From the NCBI GenBank assembly GCA_964469405.1, contig CAYXYP010000003.1, forward strand, positions 2,573 to 66,572: a stretch of 64,000 nucleotides of DNA, written 5' to 3'. Below, piece after piece: positions 30,221-40,795 of the stretch. A program made the translations under genes and the position numbers. The first letter of the stretch is position 1; each line of letters opens with the position of its first letter. The stretch is from an uncultured Candidatus Saccharibacteria bacterium (GTDB lineage: Bacteria > Patescibacteriota > Minisyncoccia > Phycocordibacterales > Phycocordibacteraceae). The notes under the pieces were generated by a model, which was not told the DNA's origin, did not search any database, and saw nothing but the letters and a program-made list of their open reading frames with translations.

Positions 30221-30889
30221 TCAAATGACAGTCGCTGATGATTTCCCTTGGTAGCTTTTTGCAACGACGAGTCCAATGACTGAGCCGATAATTGCGCCAG
30301 CGATGACATCAGAAAACCAGTGAATGCTCACGGATACGCCAAGGCCTATATAGGTCGCATAGATCGTAGCAGACAAGATTATTTCTTTGCGTCTTGGGTA
30401 CAGTGCAATAAGCGCTGCAGCCATTGCGAATGCCACGGCGGTATGTGAGGAAGGCCAGCCCCAAAATATGCCCTCCTTGAAGAACCCAAAGTTAAAGTCT
30501 CTGCTGATGTCAATATTTGAAATGTTCGCGATAAGTTCGGGGTGTAGTCGTCCCGTAAATGCCTTATAGGAAGATGAAATAATCCAACCTATCACGGCTG
30601 CTTGCCCGAGCACAGCCGCAGTTTTCTCTAGCGTGAGAGATTTTCGTATCTTCCCGATAAAGTACAAACTCACGGGTACAATAATCGGAATAAAAAAACC
30701 AAGAACGGCAGCAGGGAACCTGAATGAGTACAGCCAAGTCGCGCCGACAGATTCTGAATACCACCAATCAAAGCCGGAAGTGACGAGAAGATACGTAAGA
30801 ATTATAGCGAGAATATGCCACAGAAAATTGAACCCCCGGAAGCTCCGCACAATATTGCTTGGAAGTTTGTAACTAAAATCTCGTAGCAT
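30221..30889 (-). CDS. PAP2 family membrane phosphatase
   Basis: KAFTGRLHP, PSSH, HWFSDV. Confidence 0.85.
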   Translation of the reverse strand: MLRDFSYKLPSNIVRSFRGFNFLWHILAIILTYLLVTSGFDWWYSESVGATWLYSFRFPAAVLGFFIPIIVPVSLYFIGKIRKSLTLEKTAAVLGQAAVIGWIISSSYKAFTGRLHPELIANISNIDISRDFNFGFFKEGIFWGWPSSHTAVAFAMAAALIALYPRRKEIILSATIYATYIGLGVSVSIHWFSDVIAGAIIGSVIGLVVAKSYQGKSSATVI

Positions 30890-30996
30890 ATGGTTATGCT
30901 ACCCCATGATCATGTGAAATTTAAGTTCTCCGGTGGGCATTTATTTTGTATTAAAACAGAAACCGTCCGTACAGAGATACTCTCTGCCGGACGGCA

Positions 30997-31137
30997 TCAA
31001 CTTTTTAGATACACAAAAAATCTATCGAGTGCGACCACAACTAATATGACGATGAAGAACAGTAAGGCACACTTTCGGAGCACTCGATTTTTCCAAGGCA
31101 CCTTCTCTCTCTTTGGTGGTTCCAAGCCGTCATTCAT
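30997..31137 (-). CDS. Small single-TM orphan protein (46 aa)
   Basis: AAGGAGG SD, TTGACA-17-CATCAT promoter, hairpin downstream. Confidence 0.55.
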   Translation of the reverse strand: MNDGLEPPKREKVPWKNRVLRKCALLFFIVILVVVALDRFFVYLKS

Positions 31138-31273
31138 GACAGCACCTCCTTCCTTAGGTTCGTTCAGTGAATGAAGCCGAGAGTTTTCTGAGCACAATGA
31201 TGCCGTTTATCAGTATTTATGTCAAGTTGTATGTCTATAAAAATAATAGTCGCGCACAAGTGCGCGACTATAT

Positions 31274-31744
31274 TCAATCAATAAACGGATAAAATTCAAT
31301 ACGAATAAAACCTTTTGCACGCTCTCGGTAGAATACGTTTGCGCGGAATTTTTTACCTCGAATAACAAGAGGGAACCACGCACGGTCCGACTCGAGCATT
31401 CGGCCAATTGGGAATGCGTTAATGTCGTACCATGCGGGAATCATGCTCGGAGTTTCGCGGGGTTCGCCGCTGAAACTGCTTGTGCGGTACACATGTACCT
31501 GGAAGTCCGGCACCTCAGCTGCGTAAAAGGTGATAATCGCTAATTTCTCAACCTGTTGTGGGTCGAGGACAATACCAACTTCCTCCGCTGTCTCGCGTGT
31601 GAGGCACTCGAGAATTGTCTCATGTGGCTCTTGCTTTCCTCCGGGGCCGTTCAGCGTCCCGTCACCGATTTCTGACCCTCCCTGTTTTAGGCCAAGTAGA
31701 ACCTGATTCCCACGCGTGATAATACCCAACGTTGCGATCTTCAT
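31274..31744 (-). CDS. NUDIX hydrolase (8-oxo-dGTPase-like)
   Basis: GGKQEPHETILECLTRETAEEVG Nudix box; MIPAWY..MLESDRAW. Confidence 0.88.
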   Translation of the reverse strand: MKIATLGIITRGNQVLLGLKQGGSEIGDGTLNGPGGKQEPHETILECLTRETAEEVGIVLDPQQVEKLAIITFYAAEVPDFQVHVYRTSSFSGEPRETPSMIPAWYDINAFPIGRMLESDRAWFPLVIRGKKFRANVFYRERAKGFIRIEFYPFID

Positions 31745-31798
31745 GGACGTCTTCTCCTTTGTTTGTACAGTCTGGCCGTATGGTATCATCGCCGCTAT

Positions 31799-32518
31799 AT
31801 GGAAACCAATGAATCAAACAATAAATTTTTACCAGCAGCAGTTTTAGTGGCCGGAGTTCTCATCGCGGGCGCGGTTATTTGGAACGGCTCGCATCCTGTA
31901 ACCGCACCGACGGGGACCGGAACTGCGCCGAAAGTGAATATCAAGGATGTGAAGACTGCCGGCAATCCTTTTATTGGCAAGGCCAATGCCCCAGTCACTA
32001 TTGCCTTCTGGAGCGACTTCCAGTGTCCGTTTTGCAAGTCCTTTGAAGTTGGTGGAGTTCCTGGGATTACGACACCTGCGGCTCTACCCGACATTATTAA
32101 GAACTATGTCGATACCGGTAAAGTGAAAGTTGTCTTTATGGACTTTGTCTTCCTTGGTAAAGATTCGGCTATTGCTGCTCTATACAACCGGTCAGTGTGG
32201 AAACTGTATCCAAGCCAGTACTTCGCTTGGCGTACGGCTATGTACAACGCACAAGACGAGGAAGGGGATCAGGGCTTTGGCAATGCCGAATCCATCGACA
32301 AACTTAGCGCAACGATCGATGGCATTGACGCAACAAAGATTGCCGCTGACGTGGTTGCAAATACTGTTGCGTATCAGGCATTCGTAGATGCTGATAAGGC
32401 GGAGGCGAAGAAAGTCGGTGTGAATGCGACACCATCTTTTGTCATCGGTACGGAGGTCATCCAAGGTGCATATCCCTATGCAAACTTCCAAGCAGCGATA
32501 GATACAGTCTTGAAGTAA
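31799..32518 (+). CDS. DsbA family thiol-disulfide oxidoreductase
   Basis: N-terminal TM, SDFQCPFC, GVNATP. Confidence 0.9.
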   Translation: METNESNNKFLPAAVLVAGVLIAGAVIWNGSHPVTAPTGTGTAPKVNIKDVKTAGNPFIGKANAPVTIAFWSDFQCPFCKSFEVGGVPGITTPAALPDIIKNYVDTGKVKVVFMDFVFLGKDSAIAALYNRSVWKLYPSQYFAWRTAMYNAQDEEGDQGFGNAESIDKLSATIDGIDATKIAADVVANTVAYQAFVDADKAEAKKVGVNATPSFVIGTEVIQGAYPYANFQAAIDTVLK

Positions 32519-32583
32519 ATTATTAAGTACGGCAAACACCGAGCTCCGCGATCGCAGAGCTCGGTGTTTGCTATTATTGCTGG

Positions 32584-33030
32584 ATGAAAATAAAAGAGTT
32601 GGGCCACGTAGTGCTCTATGTCACTGATCTTACGCGGATGGCAGATTTCTATGAGCACACGCTTGGATTTCACCAAATTTCCCGCGAGTGGCCTGTAGCG
32701 CTTTTTTCAGGCGGTCGTACCCACCACGAACTTTTGCTTATTGAAGTGGGCGGTCAGCCAAAAGTTGCTGAACGCACTCACGAAATGCGTCCCGGTCTTT
32801 ACCATATTGGTTTTAAGATTGGCGAGGGTCCCGAAGCTGCGAAAGCAGCGTATGTTGAACTCATAGAAAAGGGCGTCAAGATAGTCGGGACGACGGATCA
32901 TAATGTGACCCATAGTATTTATATACTCGATCCTGATGGGAACGAGCTTGAGCTCTATGCGGATGTAAGCGATGATTGGAAAAAAGATCCGAAAGCGGTA
33001 CTTGCAGCACCGAAACTTTTGCGGCTGTAA
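32584..33030 (+). CDS. VOC/glyoxalase family protein
   Basis: LGHVVL, GLYHIGF, DPDGNELE. Confidence 0.88.
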   Translation: MKIKELGHVVLYVTDLTRMADFYEHTLGFHQISREWPVALFSGGRTHHELLLIEVGGQPKVAERTHEMRPGLYHIGFKIGEGPEAAKAAYVELIEKGVKIVGTTDHNVTHSIYILDPDGNELELYADVSDDWKKDPKAVLAAPKLLRL

Positions 33031-33072
33031 TCCTCACTCATCGCATAGGAAGATGTAGTGTATGATTTCGGA

Positions 33073-33786
33073 ATGACCGTCCTCTATGTCGCGTTAGCCG
33101 CTTCCGTTGCTACTTTTGTCGGCGGGTCCTTTGCGCTCCGGTTCCGCGACAAGCTCCACCTTATTCTTGGATTTTCGGCTGGTGCGGTTGCCGGCGTTGC
33201 GCTCTTTGATCTATTGCCGGAAGCTATCGAGCTTGGCACCGAGTATCACAGCGCTTCGACGGTTGCGCTTTTTGTTGCTCTTGGTTTCTTCGGCTACCTT
33301 ATCCTTGATCGGCTTATTCTTCTCCATACGCATGAAGAAGATGATGAAGTGAATGCTCCTCGCGGATTCTTCGGTGCGCTCACGCTTTCTGCGCATAGTT
33401 TTTTAGACGGTATGGCAATCGGTGTCGCATTTCAAGTCTCTGCTGTCGTGGGTATTGTCGTTGCTGTAGCTGTACTCACTCACGACTTTTCTGATGGTAT
33501 TAACACGGTAAACCTCGTGTTGCGCAATGGCGGGAGTTGGAAAAAAGCGCTTAATTGGCTGCTTGTCGATGCTGCTGCTCCGCTTCTAGGCGCCGCCTCC
33601 ACTCTGCTTTTCCATATTCCTGAATCGTACATTGGACTTATACTGGCTATTTTTGTTGGCACGTTTCTCTATCTTTCGGCGAGTGATCTTATTCCTGAGA
33701 GTCATCATCGGCATCCGCGCGCACTCACAACTGGCATGACGCTTCTTGGGGCATTCGTGATGTATGTAGTTGTGCATTTGGTATAA
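33073..33786 (+). CDS. ZIP family metal transporter
   Basis: LLPEA, HSFLDG, HDFSDG, DLIPE. Confidence 0.88.
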   Translation: MTVLYVALAASVATFVGGSFALRFRDKLHLILGFSAGAVAGVALFDLLPEAIELGTEYHSASTVALFVALGFFGYLILDRLILLHTHEEDDEVNAPRGFFGALTLSAHSFLDGMAIGVAFQVSAVVGIVVAVAVLTHDFSDGINTVNLVLRNGGSWKKALNWLLVDAAAPLLGAASTLLFHIPESYIGLILAIFVGTFLYLSASDLIPESHHRHPRALTTGMTLLGAFVMYVVVHLV

Positions 33787-33793
33787 TCATGTC

Positions 33794-34135
33794 ATGAAGA
33801 TATTTTTTCATTGGCTCATTGCGACTCTCGCGATTTTGATTGCTGCGCGTATTGTTCCTGGCATCCATGTCACCGTCACCGGAGCAATTATCGCAGCGGT
33901 TGTTCTTGGTGCGTTGAATCTATTTATCCGTCCGATTCTTCTCATTCTTACACTTCCAGTAACTATTCTTACGCTCGGCCTCTTCTCGCTTGTCATCAAT
34001 GCACTTCTGGTCATGCTTACGTCTTATCTCGTGCCGGACTTCTTGGTTATTGGGTTCTGGTCCGCGTTTCTATTCGCACTCGTGCTTTCCATCGTAAACT
34101 GGGTTTTCAATCTCTGGAGCCGTCCAATACCATGA
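33794..34135 (+). CDS. 4-TM phage-holin-like (YvlD) membrane protein
   Basis: LNLFIRPIL..LTLP..LTLGLF..VINA. Confidence 0.85.
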   Translation: MKIFFHWLIATLAILIAARIVPGIHVTVTGAIIAAVVLGALNLFIRPILLILTLPVTILTLGLFSLVINALLVMLTSYLVPDFLVIGFWSAFLFALVLSIVNWVFNLWSRPIP

Positions 34136-34341
34136 TTGATCCTGAACTCGCTGCAAAGCTCGAAGAGATTTCTGCAAAAGCGGATCGCGCTTACCAAGCC
34201 TCTGAGAGCGTGCGAAAATATCTTTTCTGGACGGGGGTTATTACCATCGCTCTTTTTGTATTGCCGCTTATTGGACTTGCGTTTGCCCTTCCGCAATTTA
34301 TCAGTTCTTACACCATGAGCCTGAACGAGATCGGCCTCTAG
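34132..34341 (+). CDS. Small membrane hypothetical protein
   Basis: MIDPELAAKLEEI..SVRKYLFWT plus TM; ATGA overlap with the upstream gene. Confidence 0.7.
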   Translation: MIDPELAAKLEEISAKADRAYQASESVRKYLFWTGVITIALFVLPLIGLAFALPQFISSYTMSLNEIGL

Positions 34342-34461
34342 CCCCTTGGAAGAGAGAAATCCCCACATGGGGTGTTTTGATATATAGCAAACAATATGTG
34401 TGGTATAAGAAATGCAGATGACTTTGGAACTTTATAGTTATAATCAGAGAGGAGGTGCCAT

Positions 34462-34968
34462 ATGCGCATTGCTGGGCTGTTCGTCTTGCTGTTAGTTCTT
34501 GGGTGGTCTCTATCTTGGCCTGCGACAGAACCAGAAACATTCCTTACGGATAGTCCGAGGGACGTGCTCGTCTTGACTCTCACTAAGGAGATCTTAACTT
34601 TTATCAAGGAGGATAAACTTTCCGAAAAAGATCAAAACACAGTCCGCATAATAGCTGCCTCGCTCATTAGCGATTTGCCTCTCAAAACGATAGAAGAAAT
34701 AAAAAATGATGACGCAAGAGAGAAGGATCAGCCGGGAATTACAGGGAGAGAATTCAAAGAGCAATTGAGGAAAAAACTGACAGACACTCTTGTATCGATT
34801 AATGTCGATAATCATCCACTCCCAACGGTTAGCCCGGATCTCGCGTATGACTTAGAACGACTGGATGTTCTGGATGGTATTTTGAGAAATTCAAACCTAG
34901 GAAGCGAAGCCCTGGATATTCTTTTAGTTAGTGTGATTACTCGCTTATTCACACAAACAGAAGCATGA
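34462..34968 (+). CDS. Orphan secreted protein
   Basis: GAGGAGG SD, signal peptide, 30-bp palindrome at 34979-35008 downstream. Confidence 0.65.
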   Translation: MRIAGLFVLLLVLGWSLSWPATEPETFLTDSPRDVLVLTLTKEILTFIKEDKLSEKDQNTVRIIAASLISDLPLKTIEEIKNDDAREKDQPGITGREFKEQLRKKLTDTLVSINVDNHPLPTVSPDLAYDLERLDVLDGILRNSNLGSEALDILLVSVITRLFTQTEA

Positions 34969-35022
34969 TGTTAACTACATGTCCTGCGTACGATCGTACG
35001 CAGGACATTTTTATGTTTTTTA

Positions 35023-35640
35023 CTAAATGCCTCGTTTGCCACGGGCGAGATTGGTAATGATAGGAAGAAGAGAAATGACGACGATTACGAGCGAGATAGG
35101 GACCACGTATTTCTCGCTATTCGGAATCACCGAGCCAAGAAGGAAACCAAAGAGTGTCATGCCTGCGCCCCACAAGATTCCACCGATGACGTTGTAGGAG
35201 AGAAATTTTCTATAGCTCATGGAACCGGCACCGGCAAGTATGGGTGCCATCGTTCGTACGACGGGTATAAATCGTGCGAGTATGAGCGCCCGCCCGCCAT
35301 ACTTTTGATAAAAACGTTCAGTGCGTCTGAGATAGTCCTGCTTGAAATACCATGAATCTTTGCGATCCTGGAGATGTCCTCCCACCTTTGCGCCAAACCA
35401 ATATCCCACTGAGTCGCCTAGTATTGCCGCGGCCACAACGACCATCATGAGTGGTCCGATAGAGAAAAATCCACCTTCCGCAAGGAGCCCTGCTGCAAAG
35501 AGGACCGAATCGCCGGGAAGGAACATGCCGATAAGAAGTCCGCTCTCAGCAAAGACAAGGAGCGCGATACCGATATATCCTCCCGTTTGCAAGATAGCAA
35601 TCGGGTCGAGCTGTATACATGCTAAAAGAAAGTTAAGCAT
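35023..35640 (-). CDS. dedA: DedA family membrane protein
   Basis: FAESG..LPGDS, GDSVGY, ARFIPVVRT. Confidence 0.92.
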   Translation of the reverse strand: MLNFLLACIQLDPIAILQTGGYIGIALLVFAESGLLIGMFLPGDSVLFAAGLLAEGGFFSIGPLMMVVVAAAILGDSVGYWFGAKVGGHLQDRKDSWYFKQDYLRRTERFYQKYGGRALILARFIPVVRTMAPILAGAGSMSYRKFLSYNVIGGILWGAGMTLFGFLLGSVIPNSEKYVVPISLVIVVISLLPIITNLARGKRGI

Positions 35641-35663
35641 TCGGGTGCAGTATACTAGAACAA
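35641..35663. promoter_or_regulatory. Putative bidirectional -10 element between dedA and the VirD4-like gene
   Basis: GGTGCAGTATACTA, the same 14-mer as at 17843; 23-bp ATG-to-ATG gap. Confidence 0.6.
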
Positions 35664-38426
35664 ATGGAATCAGCACCTACGTTGTCCACGCCAGAACAGG
35701 AGCTTGCATACTTGCGCGAGCAGGTGGCGCGTAAAGAGGCAGAGCTCGCTGGAGGGGGGAATGATGAGCGAGTAAAAATTATTTCTGAACAGATACACGT
35801 GCATGCAGCTGCACCAGTAGAAGTGCTCGCGAGCGAGTATCGTATGGCCGAATCTGCGATTATTAATACTGCAGACAAGATACTTGCCGAACTACATCTC
35901 GGTGGAAGTGAACAAGCTATCAAGAGTTTGCAGCAGACGATAGTGGAAAAGGGGATTAAGAATGCGCTCAGTGTCGCCGAGAAACTTAATGATCCGCATG
36001 TCACAGACGATTTCCATCGGTATCTCGTGCGTTACGTAGCCGCAGGCCTGCTCGCTCCAGGATACGACGAGAAAATGCCGCGTTTCCAAGCACTGAAGAT
36101 GACACTTTACGAGATTGCACTTCCCGGGCCAAAAAATGTGGAGAAAAACGATCGCGCGAAGACGCTCAAGGAGCTTATTTCAGGCATGGAACAATTCTAT
36201 GCGGGTCTTCTTTCAGTCGAAGATGCGACACCGGGTGAGCCTCACTACTACGCGCTTGAGCTCGCGGTGCCTGCCGACAGTCCAGAGCTTCAATTCTATG
36301 CAGCGGTGCCAAACGGGAAGCGGAATTTATTTGAGAAACAACTTCTTGCCATCTTCCCCGATGCACATCTCGTGCCACAACCATCTGATTACAATATTTT
36401 TGCTCCGAATGGGGTCTCGCTCGTCTCGACGGCAACGTTTGCGGAGAATCCCGCACTTCCTCTCAAGGATTACACTGATTTTGATTATGATCCGATTAAT
36501 GCGATTACAAACGCATTCGCGAAAATAGCGCATGCAGGCGAGGGTGCAGCGCTCCAGTTCATTATTGAGCCACGTGCAGAACGGTACGTGAAGCATTATC
36601 AGAAAATTCTTCAAGCTCTTCGCAAAGGAGAAAAATATTCTTCGGCGTTTAGTATTCCCGATACGGTTCTCGGCACAATTACTCGCGATATCGGCCGGAC
36701 ACTTTTTTCCAATAAACCGAAAGATGTCGTAAAAGCAAAAGAGGCTGAGACGCGACAAATTGAAGCAAACAAGACGCATATTGAACAAGTGGAGAAGAAA
36801 ATTTCAGCGCCTATACTCGGCGCGACGATACGGCTCGCTGTTTCCTCAAAGGATGCATCGACGAGCGGTCAAGTACTCGGCGAGCTTGAAGCAGCGTTTA
36901 ATCAGTTCGCAAATACGCAAGGGAATCGTTTAGAGTTCATTCGTGCCGATCAGCGCCAGACTCAGAGTACGCTAAACGATTTTTCCTTTCGCTTGCCGGA
37001 TGCTTCGCATACGCTCCCACTGTCGCTTCATGAGCTCACCGCCATGTATCACTTCCCGCCGTCTGGTATCGAGAGCTCTCCACATCTGAAGCAGGCGCGC
37101 TTCACGCATGCTCCGGCGCCACTCTCGCTTCCTCAGGTCGGAACGCTCCTTGGTATCAACAATTATCGCGGACAAGCCACAAACATTCATCTTGGTACCG
37201 AGGATCGTCTGCGTCATCTCTACATCATCGGACAGACTGGCACGGGTAAGACAGGACTGATGAAGTCGATGGTCGTCCAAGATATACAAAATGGCGAGGG
37301 ATGTTGCTTCATTGACCCTCACGGGTCAGATATTATGGACATTCTCGCCGCAGTACCGCCTGAGCGGTATACGGACGTAATCTATTTCGACCCTGCAGAT
37401 CTCTCGCGTCCATTCGGACTGAACTTTCTCGAATACGATCTTTCGCGTCCCGAACAAAAGACGTTTATCGTAAATGAGCTCCTGATGATTTTCAGGCGCC
37501 TGTATGGTGATGTTCCGGAAAGCATGGGTCCGGCATTTGAACAATATTTTCGAAATGCGACGTTGCTCGTGATGGAAGATCCGTCGAGTGGTTCAACCAT
37601 GCTCGATATCGCTCGTGTGCTTGCCAACAGCGAGTTTCGTCACGAGAAACTCGCAAAGAGTATGAATCCCATCGTGAATCAATTTTGGAACGAAATTGCG
37701 ACGAAAGCCGGTGGTGATGCTGCGCTTGAAAATATCGTCCCCTACATCACCAATAAGTTTGATGACTTCACAGCGAATGATTTCATTCGTCCAATCGTAG
37801 GACAGCAGGAGTCTTCTTTCAAATTTCGCGAGGTCATGGATACAAAAAAGATACTTCTCATCAATCTCTCCAAAGGCCGCTTGGGCGAGCGAAATGCGAA
37901 CCTACTTGGTCTCATTATTGTTGGGAAGCTTTTTATGGCGGCACTTTCCCGCGCAGACAATCCGCGTAAAGAGTATCCGCCTTTTTATCTCTACATCGAT
38001 GAGTTCCAGAACATCACGACCGACTCGATTCCTGGCATTCTCTCTGAAGCGCGCAAATACAAACTCGCACTGACGATGGCGCACCAATTTCTCAATCAAG
38101 TTGAAGAGAAAACACGTAGCGCAGTCTTCGGAAACGTAGGTAACATGGCGGTCTTTCGAACGGGCGAAGAAGATGCCGAGTTCTTTGCCAAACAATTTTC
38201 TCCGGTTTTCGAGGCGCTCGATTTCGTAAATATAGAGAATCGCAATGCGTACGTGAAGATTCTTGCGAGCGGCGTGCCGCAAAAACCTTTCGATATGAAA
38301 ACGCCGGATGTGCCTGCGGCACATCCGGCGCAAATAGACGATCTTATTCACCTCTCGTCGCGCACCTACGGTCGCGACCGTGCTACAGTCGAAAATATGA
38401 TTCGTGAGCGCTATCTCTCGAAATAA
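35664..38426 (+). CDS. VirD4/TraG-like (HerA/DUF87-type) ATPase
   Basis: RHLYIIGQTGTGKT, IDPHG, LYIDEFQN, SEARKY, AHQ. Confidence 0.85.
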   Translation: MESAPTLSTPEQELAYLREQVARKEAELAGGGNDERVKIISEQIHVHAAAPVEVLASEYRMAESAIINTADKILAELHLGGSEQAIKSLQQTIVEKGIKNALSVAEKLNDPHVTDDFHRYLVRYVAAGLLAPGYDEKMPRFQALKMTLYEIALPGPKNVEKNDRAKTLKELISGMEQFYAGLLSVEDATPGEPHYYALELAVPADSPELQFYAAVPNGKRNLFEKQLLAIFPDAHLVPQPSDYNIFAPNGVSLVSTATFAENPALPLKDYTDFDYDPINAITNAFAKIAHAGEGAALQFIIEPRAERYVKHYQKILQALRKGEKYSSAFSIPDTVLGTITRDIGRTLFSNKPKDVVKAKEAETRQIEANKTHIEQVEKKISAPILGATIRLAVSSKDASTSGQVLGELEAAFNQFANTQGNRLEFIRADQRQTQSTLNDFSFRLPDASHTLPLSLHELTAMYHFPPSGIESSPHLKQARFTHAPAPLSLPQVGTLLGINNYRGQATNIHLGTEDRLRHLYIIGQTGTGKTGLMKSMVVQDIQNGEGCCFIDPHGSDIMDILAAVPPERYTDVIYFDPADLSRPFGLNFLEYDLSRPEQKTFIVNELLMIFRRLYGDVPESMGPAFEQYFRNATLLVMEDPSSGSTMLDIARVLANSEFRHEKLAKSMNPIVNQFWNEIATKAGGDAALENIVPYITNKFDDFTANDFIRPIVGQQESSFKFREVMDTKKILLINLSKGRLGERNANLLGLIIVGKLFMAALSRADNPRKEYPPFYLYIDEFQNITTDSIPGILSEARKYKLALTMAHQFLNQVEEKTRSAVFGNVGNMAVFRTGEEDAEFFAKQFSPVFEALDFVNIENRNAYVKILASGVPQKPFDMKTPDVPAAHPAQIDDLIHLSSRTYGRDRATVENMIRERYLSK

Positions 38427-38429
38427 TCT

Positions 38430-40775
38430 ATGTCTGAAAAGCTCCCGCGAATGAAAAAAGAAAGTTTAGAACCTTCTTATAATCCGGAAATAGAAGGACT
38501 TATTGCGCGAGCCCCGAAAGGCTCTGACACTAAGGTTAATCAAGAAATTCAGCCAAATGAGCTACCGAAGTCCGTAGAGAAGCAGCGCACAATTATCGAA
38601 TCTCCGAATGAGGAAGAATTGCAAAAACTTTTGGATGCGACAGCTCACGAAAGACCAGATCCCAGACAATTTATGGACGTTCTTAATAAAGCCAACGCCA
38701 ACACTCAGGGCGCAATTTCATATCATTGGTTAGAACAGATCGGAATAATAGCGGCCAAAAGACTTGGAGGAAATGAGTACAATGAGTTCAAAAAATATGT
38801 CAATGATACATATGAATTAAACAGTCCAGATATAAAAGATATAACGCCGGGACTTTCTTTTTTGAGAGACGCGCTCAATACAATACCTCTCGAGCCGAAG
38901 CAAGTAAGTAAGGGAGAAGTAATTACTACGGCACCCAACGTTCAAGAATACCAAGCACCAAAGAAACTGCCGGGTAGTTCGCCGGAAGAATTAGAAATTT
39001 TTCAGAGAAATCTTCGCATGAGCGTTGAAGACTGGCGGAAAGAAAGAAAAAGTATCGGGGTCTCAGAACCGCTTCAGAAAATCGAATCAGGAGTTGAAGA
39101 TCCTAATGTAGTTGATGCCGAATGGAGGTCCGTGTCCGAATCTGAAGAGCAGATTGGGAGAGAACAAAAAAAGGAAGTATCCTCATTAGATGGAGGCATG
39201 CCCGCATCATCAAATGAAAGAATTTCTGGAAACTCGGTTTTTACTGACGCACAGAAAGAATATTTAGAAAATTTGGACGTCGATATGTCTGTGGACGGGT
39301 TGGAGAATATGACGGAACCGACAACACGTAAGGAATGGAAGGCGGAATTGCGTCGGCTCATTTTTGGTGAGAAGAAGAGTGAAGGAAACAAAGAACGCAG
39401 CGAGATACTAAAGGAACACCTTGCGAAACGTTCGGATGAGTTGGAAGAGGTAGCGACAGAGCGTGGACCGACAGTCGTAAAACTTATCGGTTCTGTTATT
39501 GAACGATACAATAATCTGAATTGGAAGACGAAATTGGTTGTTACGGGAGGTCTTATGCTCGGCGCCTCGTTTACTGCAGCGACGCTACCGATTATTTCGG
39601 GAGCATTGGGTGCAGCACTGTATGGTCAGCGGGTGCTTGGTGGTATCGGTTTTGCAATGAATCGACGTAAAGCACTTGACGCAGATCCGAATCATTGGTT
39701 GGCAGGCAAATCAGAACTTATTAAAAATACGTATGCGACTGCGCTTGCGGCAATGTATATGGGGACTACGATATTTGCCGTACACGAGGGCGTCGAGGGA
39801 TTGAAAGCAGTTGCAAATAGTGAGTGGCTTAGCACCATGCTCGGACATCATTCTGTATTGCCGAGTAGCGAAACTCTTGAAACGATCGCACCTACGCCTG
39901 CTGAAGAGACGATTCCCGAAATACCTACTGCAGACGCCGCACCGGAAATAGTAGGAGGCGAGGGTCATCTTGAGCCGTACAATGTGTATGATCCAAAATT
40001 CGACCAGGAGATAGCTGAAGCACGAGCAGAAGTCGATGGGGGATTAGCTAATGCCCAAGCAGCAGTAGAAAGAATGCAAAAAATTGTTGAAGAGCAAAAA
40101 AATATTTTGAATACCATGCCGGGTGGGTCACCGGTCTCTGATAACAGTATTCCTCAATCAGAGGCGCCGGTTACTCCGGACCACAGTCAGATGAGTGGAA
40201 GTGCAGATACGAGCCCGACTACAGATGCCATTCCTGCGACTGAATCATCACCCGAGACGTCTTTTGCGCCACCGGAAGAAGTGGCAAAATTCGGACTCGA
40301 CCCTATAGATGGGCATCCAATGTCTGAATTAGAAGCTCAAAAATTGGACGACCTTAGGAGAGCTATGCATGACCCAAGAGTAACCGGGGAATGGCCTCCC
40401 GGTCCTTCGGAAGGAAAAAGTTTTACTGAAAAAATTTCTGACTGGTTTACGAGCAATCAGGAGACAGCAAATCAATTCGATATCGGTAGCGTATCCCCAA
40501 TAGAGCCGCACATATATGCAGATTCGGGTGAGCACTTATTTGCCTATGGCGGCTCGTCGATAGAGAAGATGGATGCAATTTATAAATTCCTCACCGATAA
40601 TCCAGGTAAAATTGTTTACAGTACGGATGATCATGGCGCATATCGCATCCCTCTTCATCTCGTAGAAGGGAGGGTTGTTCCGGGGGAACCGATGCGCACG
40701 AGTGGCTTCTTTGGATTCGGTGCTTCATTTATGGATGCCCCAAAGCCAGAGGAATTTGCGAAACTTGTTAAATAG
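38430..40775 (+). CDS. Large acidic hypothetical membrane protein
   Basis: 781-aa ORF with central hydrophobic segments and P/E/S/T-rich regions. Confidence 0.7.
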   Translation: MSEKLPRMKKESLEPSYNPEIEGLIARAPKGSDTKVNQEIQPNELPKSVEKQRTIIESPNEEELQKLLDATAHERPDPRQFMDVLNKANANTQGAISYHWLEQIGIIAAKRLGGNEYNEFKKYVNDTYELNSPDIKDITPGLSFLRDALNTIPLEPKQVSKGEVITTAPNVQEYQAPKKLPGSSPEELEIFQRNLRMSVEDWRKERKSIGVSEPLQKIESGVEDPNVVDAEWRSVSESEEQIGREQKKEVSSLDGGMPASSNERISGNSVFTDAQKEYLENLDVDMSVDGLENMTEPTTRKEWKAELRRLIFGEKKSEGNKERSEILKEHLAKRSDELEEVATERGPTVVKLIGSVIERYNNLNWKTKLVVTGGLMLGASFTAATLPIISGALGAALYGQRVLGGIGFAMNRRKALDADPNHWLAGKSELIKNTYATALAAMYMGTTIFAVHEGVEGLKAVANSEWLSTMLGHHSVLPSSETLETIAPTPAEETIPEIPTADAAPEIVGGEGHLEPYNVYDPKFDQEIAEARAEVDGGLANAQAAVERMQKIVEEQKNILNTMPGGSPVSDNSIPQSEAPVTPDHSQMSGSADTSPTTDAIPATESSPETSFAPPEEVAKFGLDPIDGHPMSELEAQKLDDLRRAMHDPRVTGEWPPGPSEGKSFTEKISDWFTSNQETANQFDIGSVSPIEPHIYADSGEHLFAYGGSSIEKMDAIYKFLTDNPGKIVYSTDDHGAYRIPLHLVEGRVVPGEPMRTSGFFGFGASFMDAPKPEEFAKLVK

Positions 40776-40795
40776 TCCATGGTATGATGCCACCT

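Noticed and set aside
33794-34135. Prophage implied by the holin-like gene
   Set aside because: This family is common in chromosomes, and no integrase, capsid, terminase or lysin is nearby.
35664-38426. Conjugative element
   Set aside because: No relaxase, VirB4/VirB cluster or att-bounded unit in the window.
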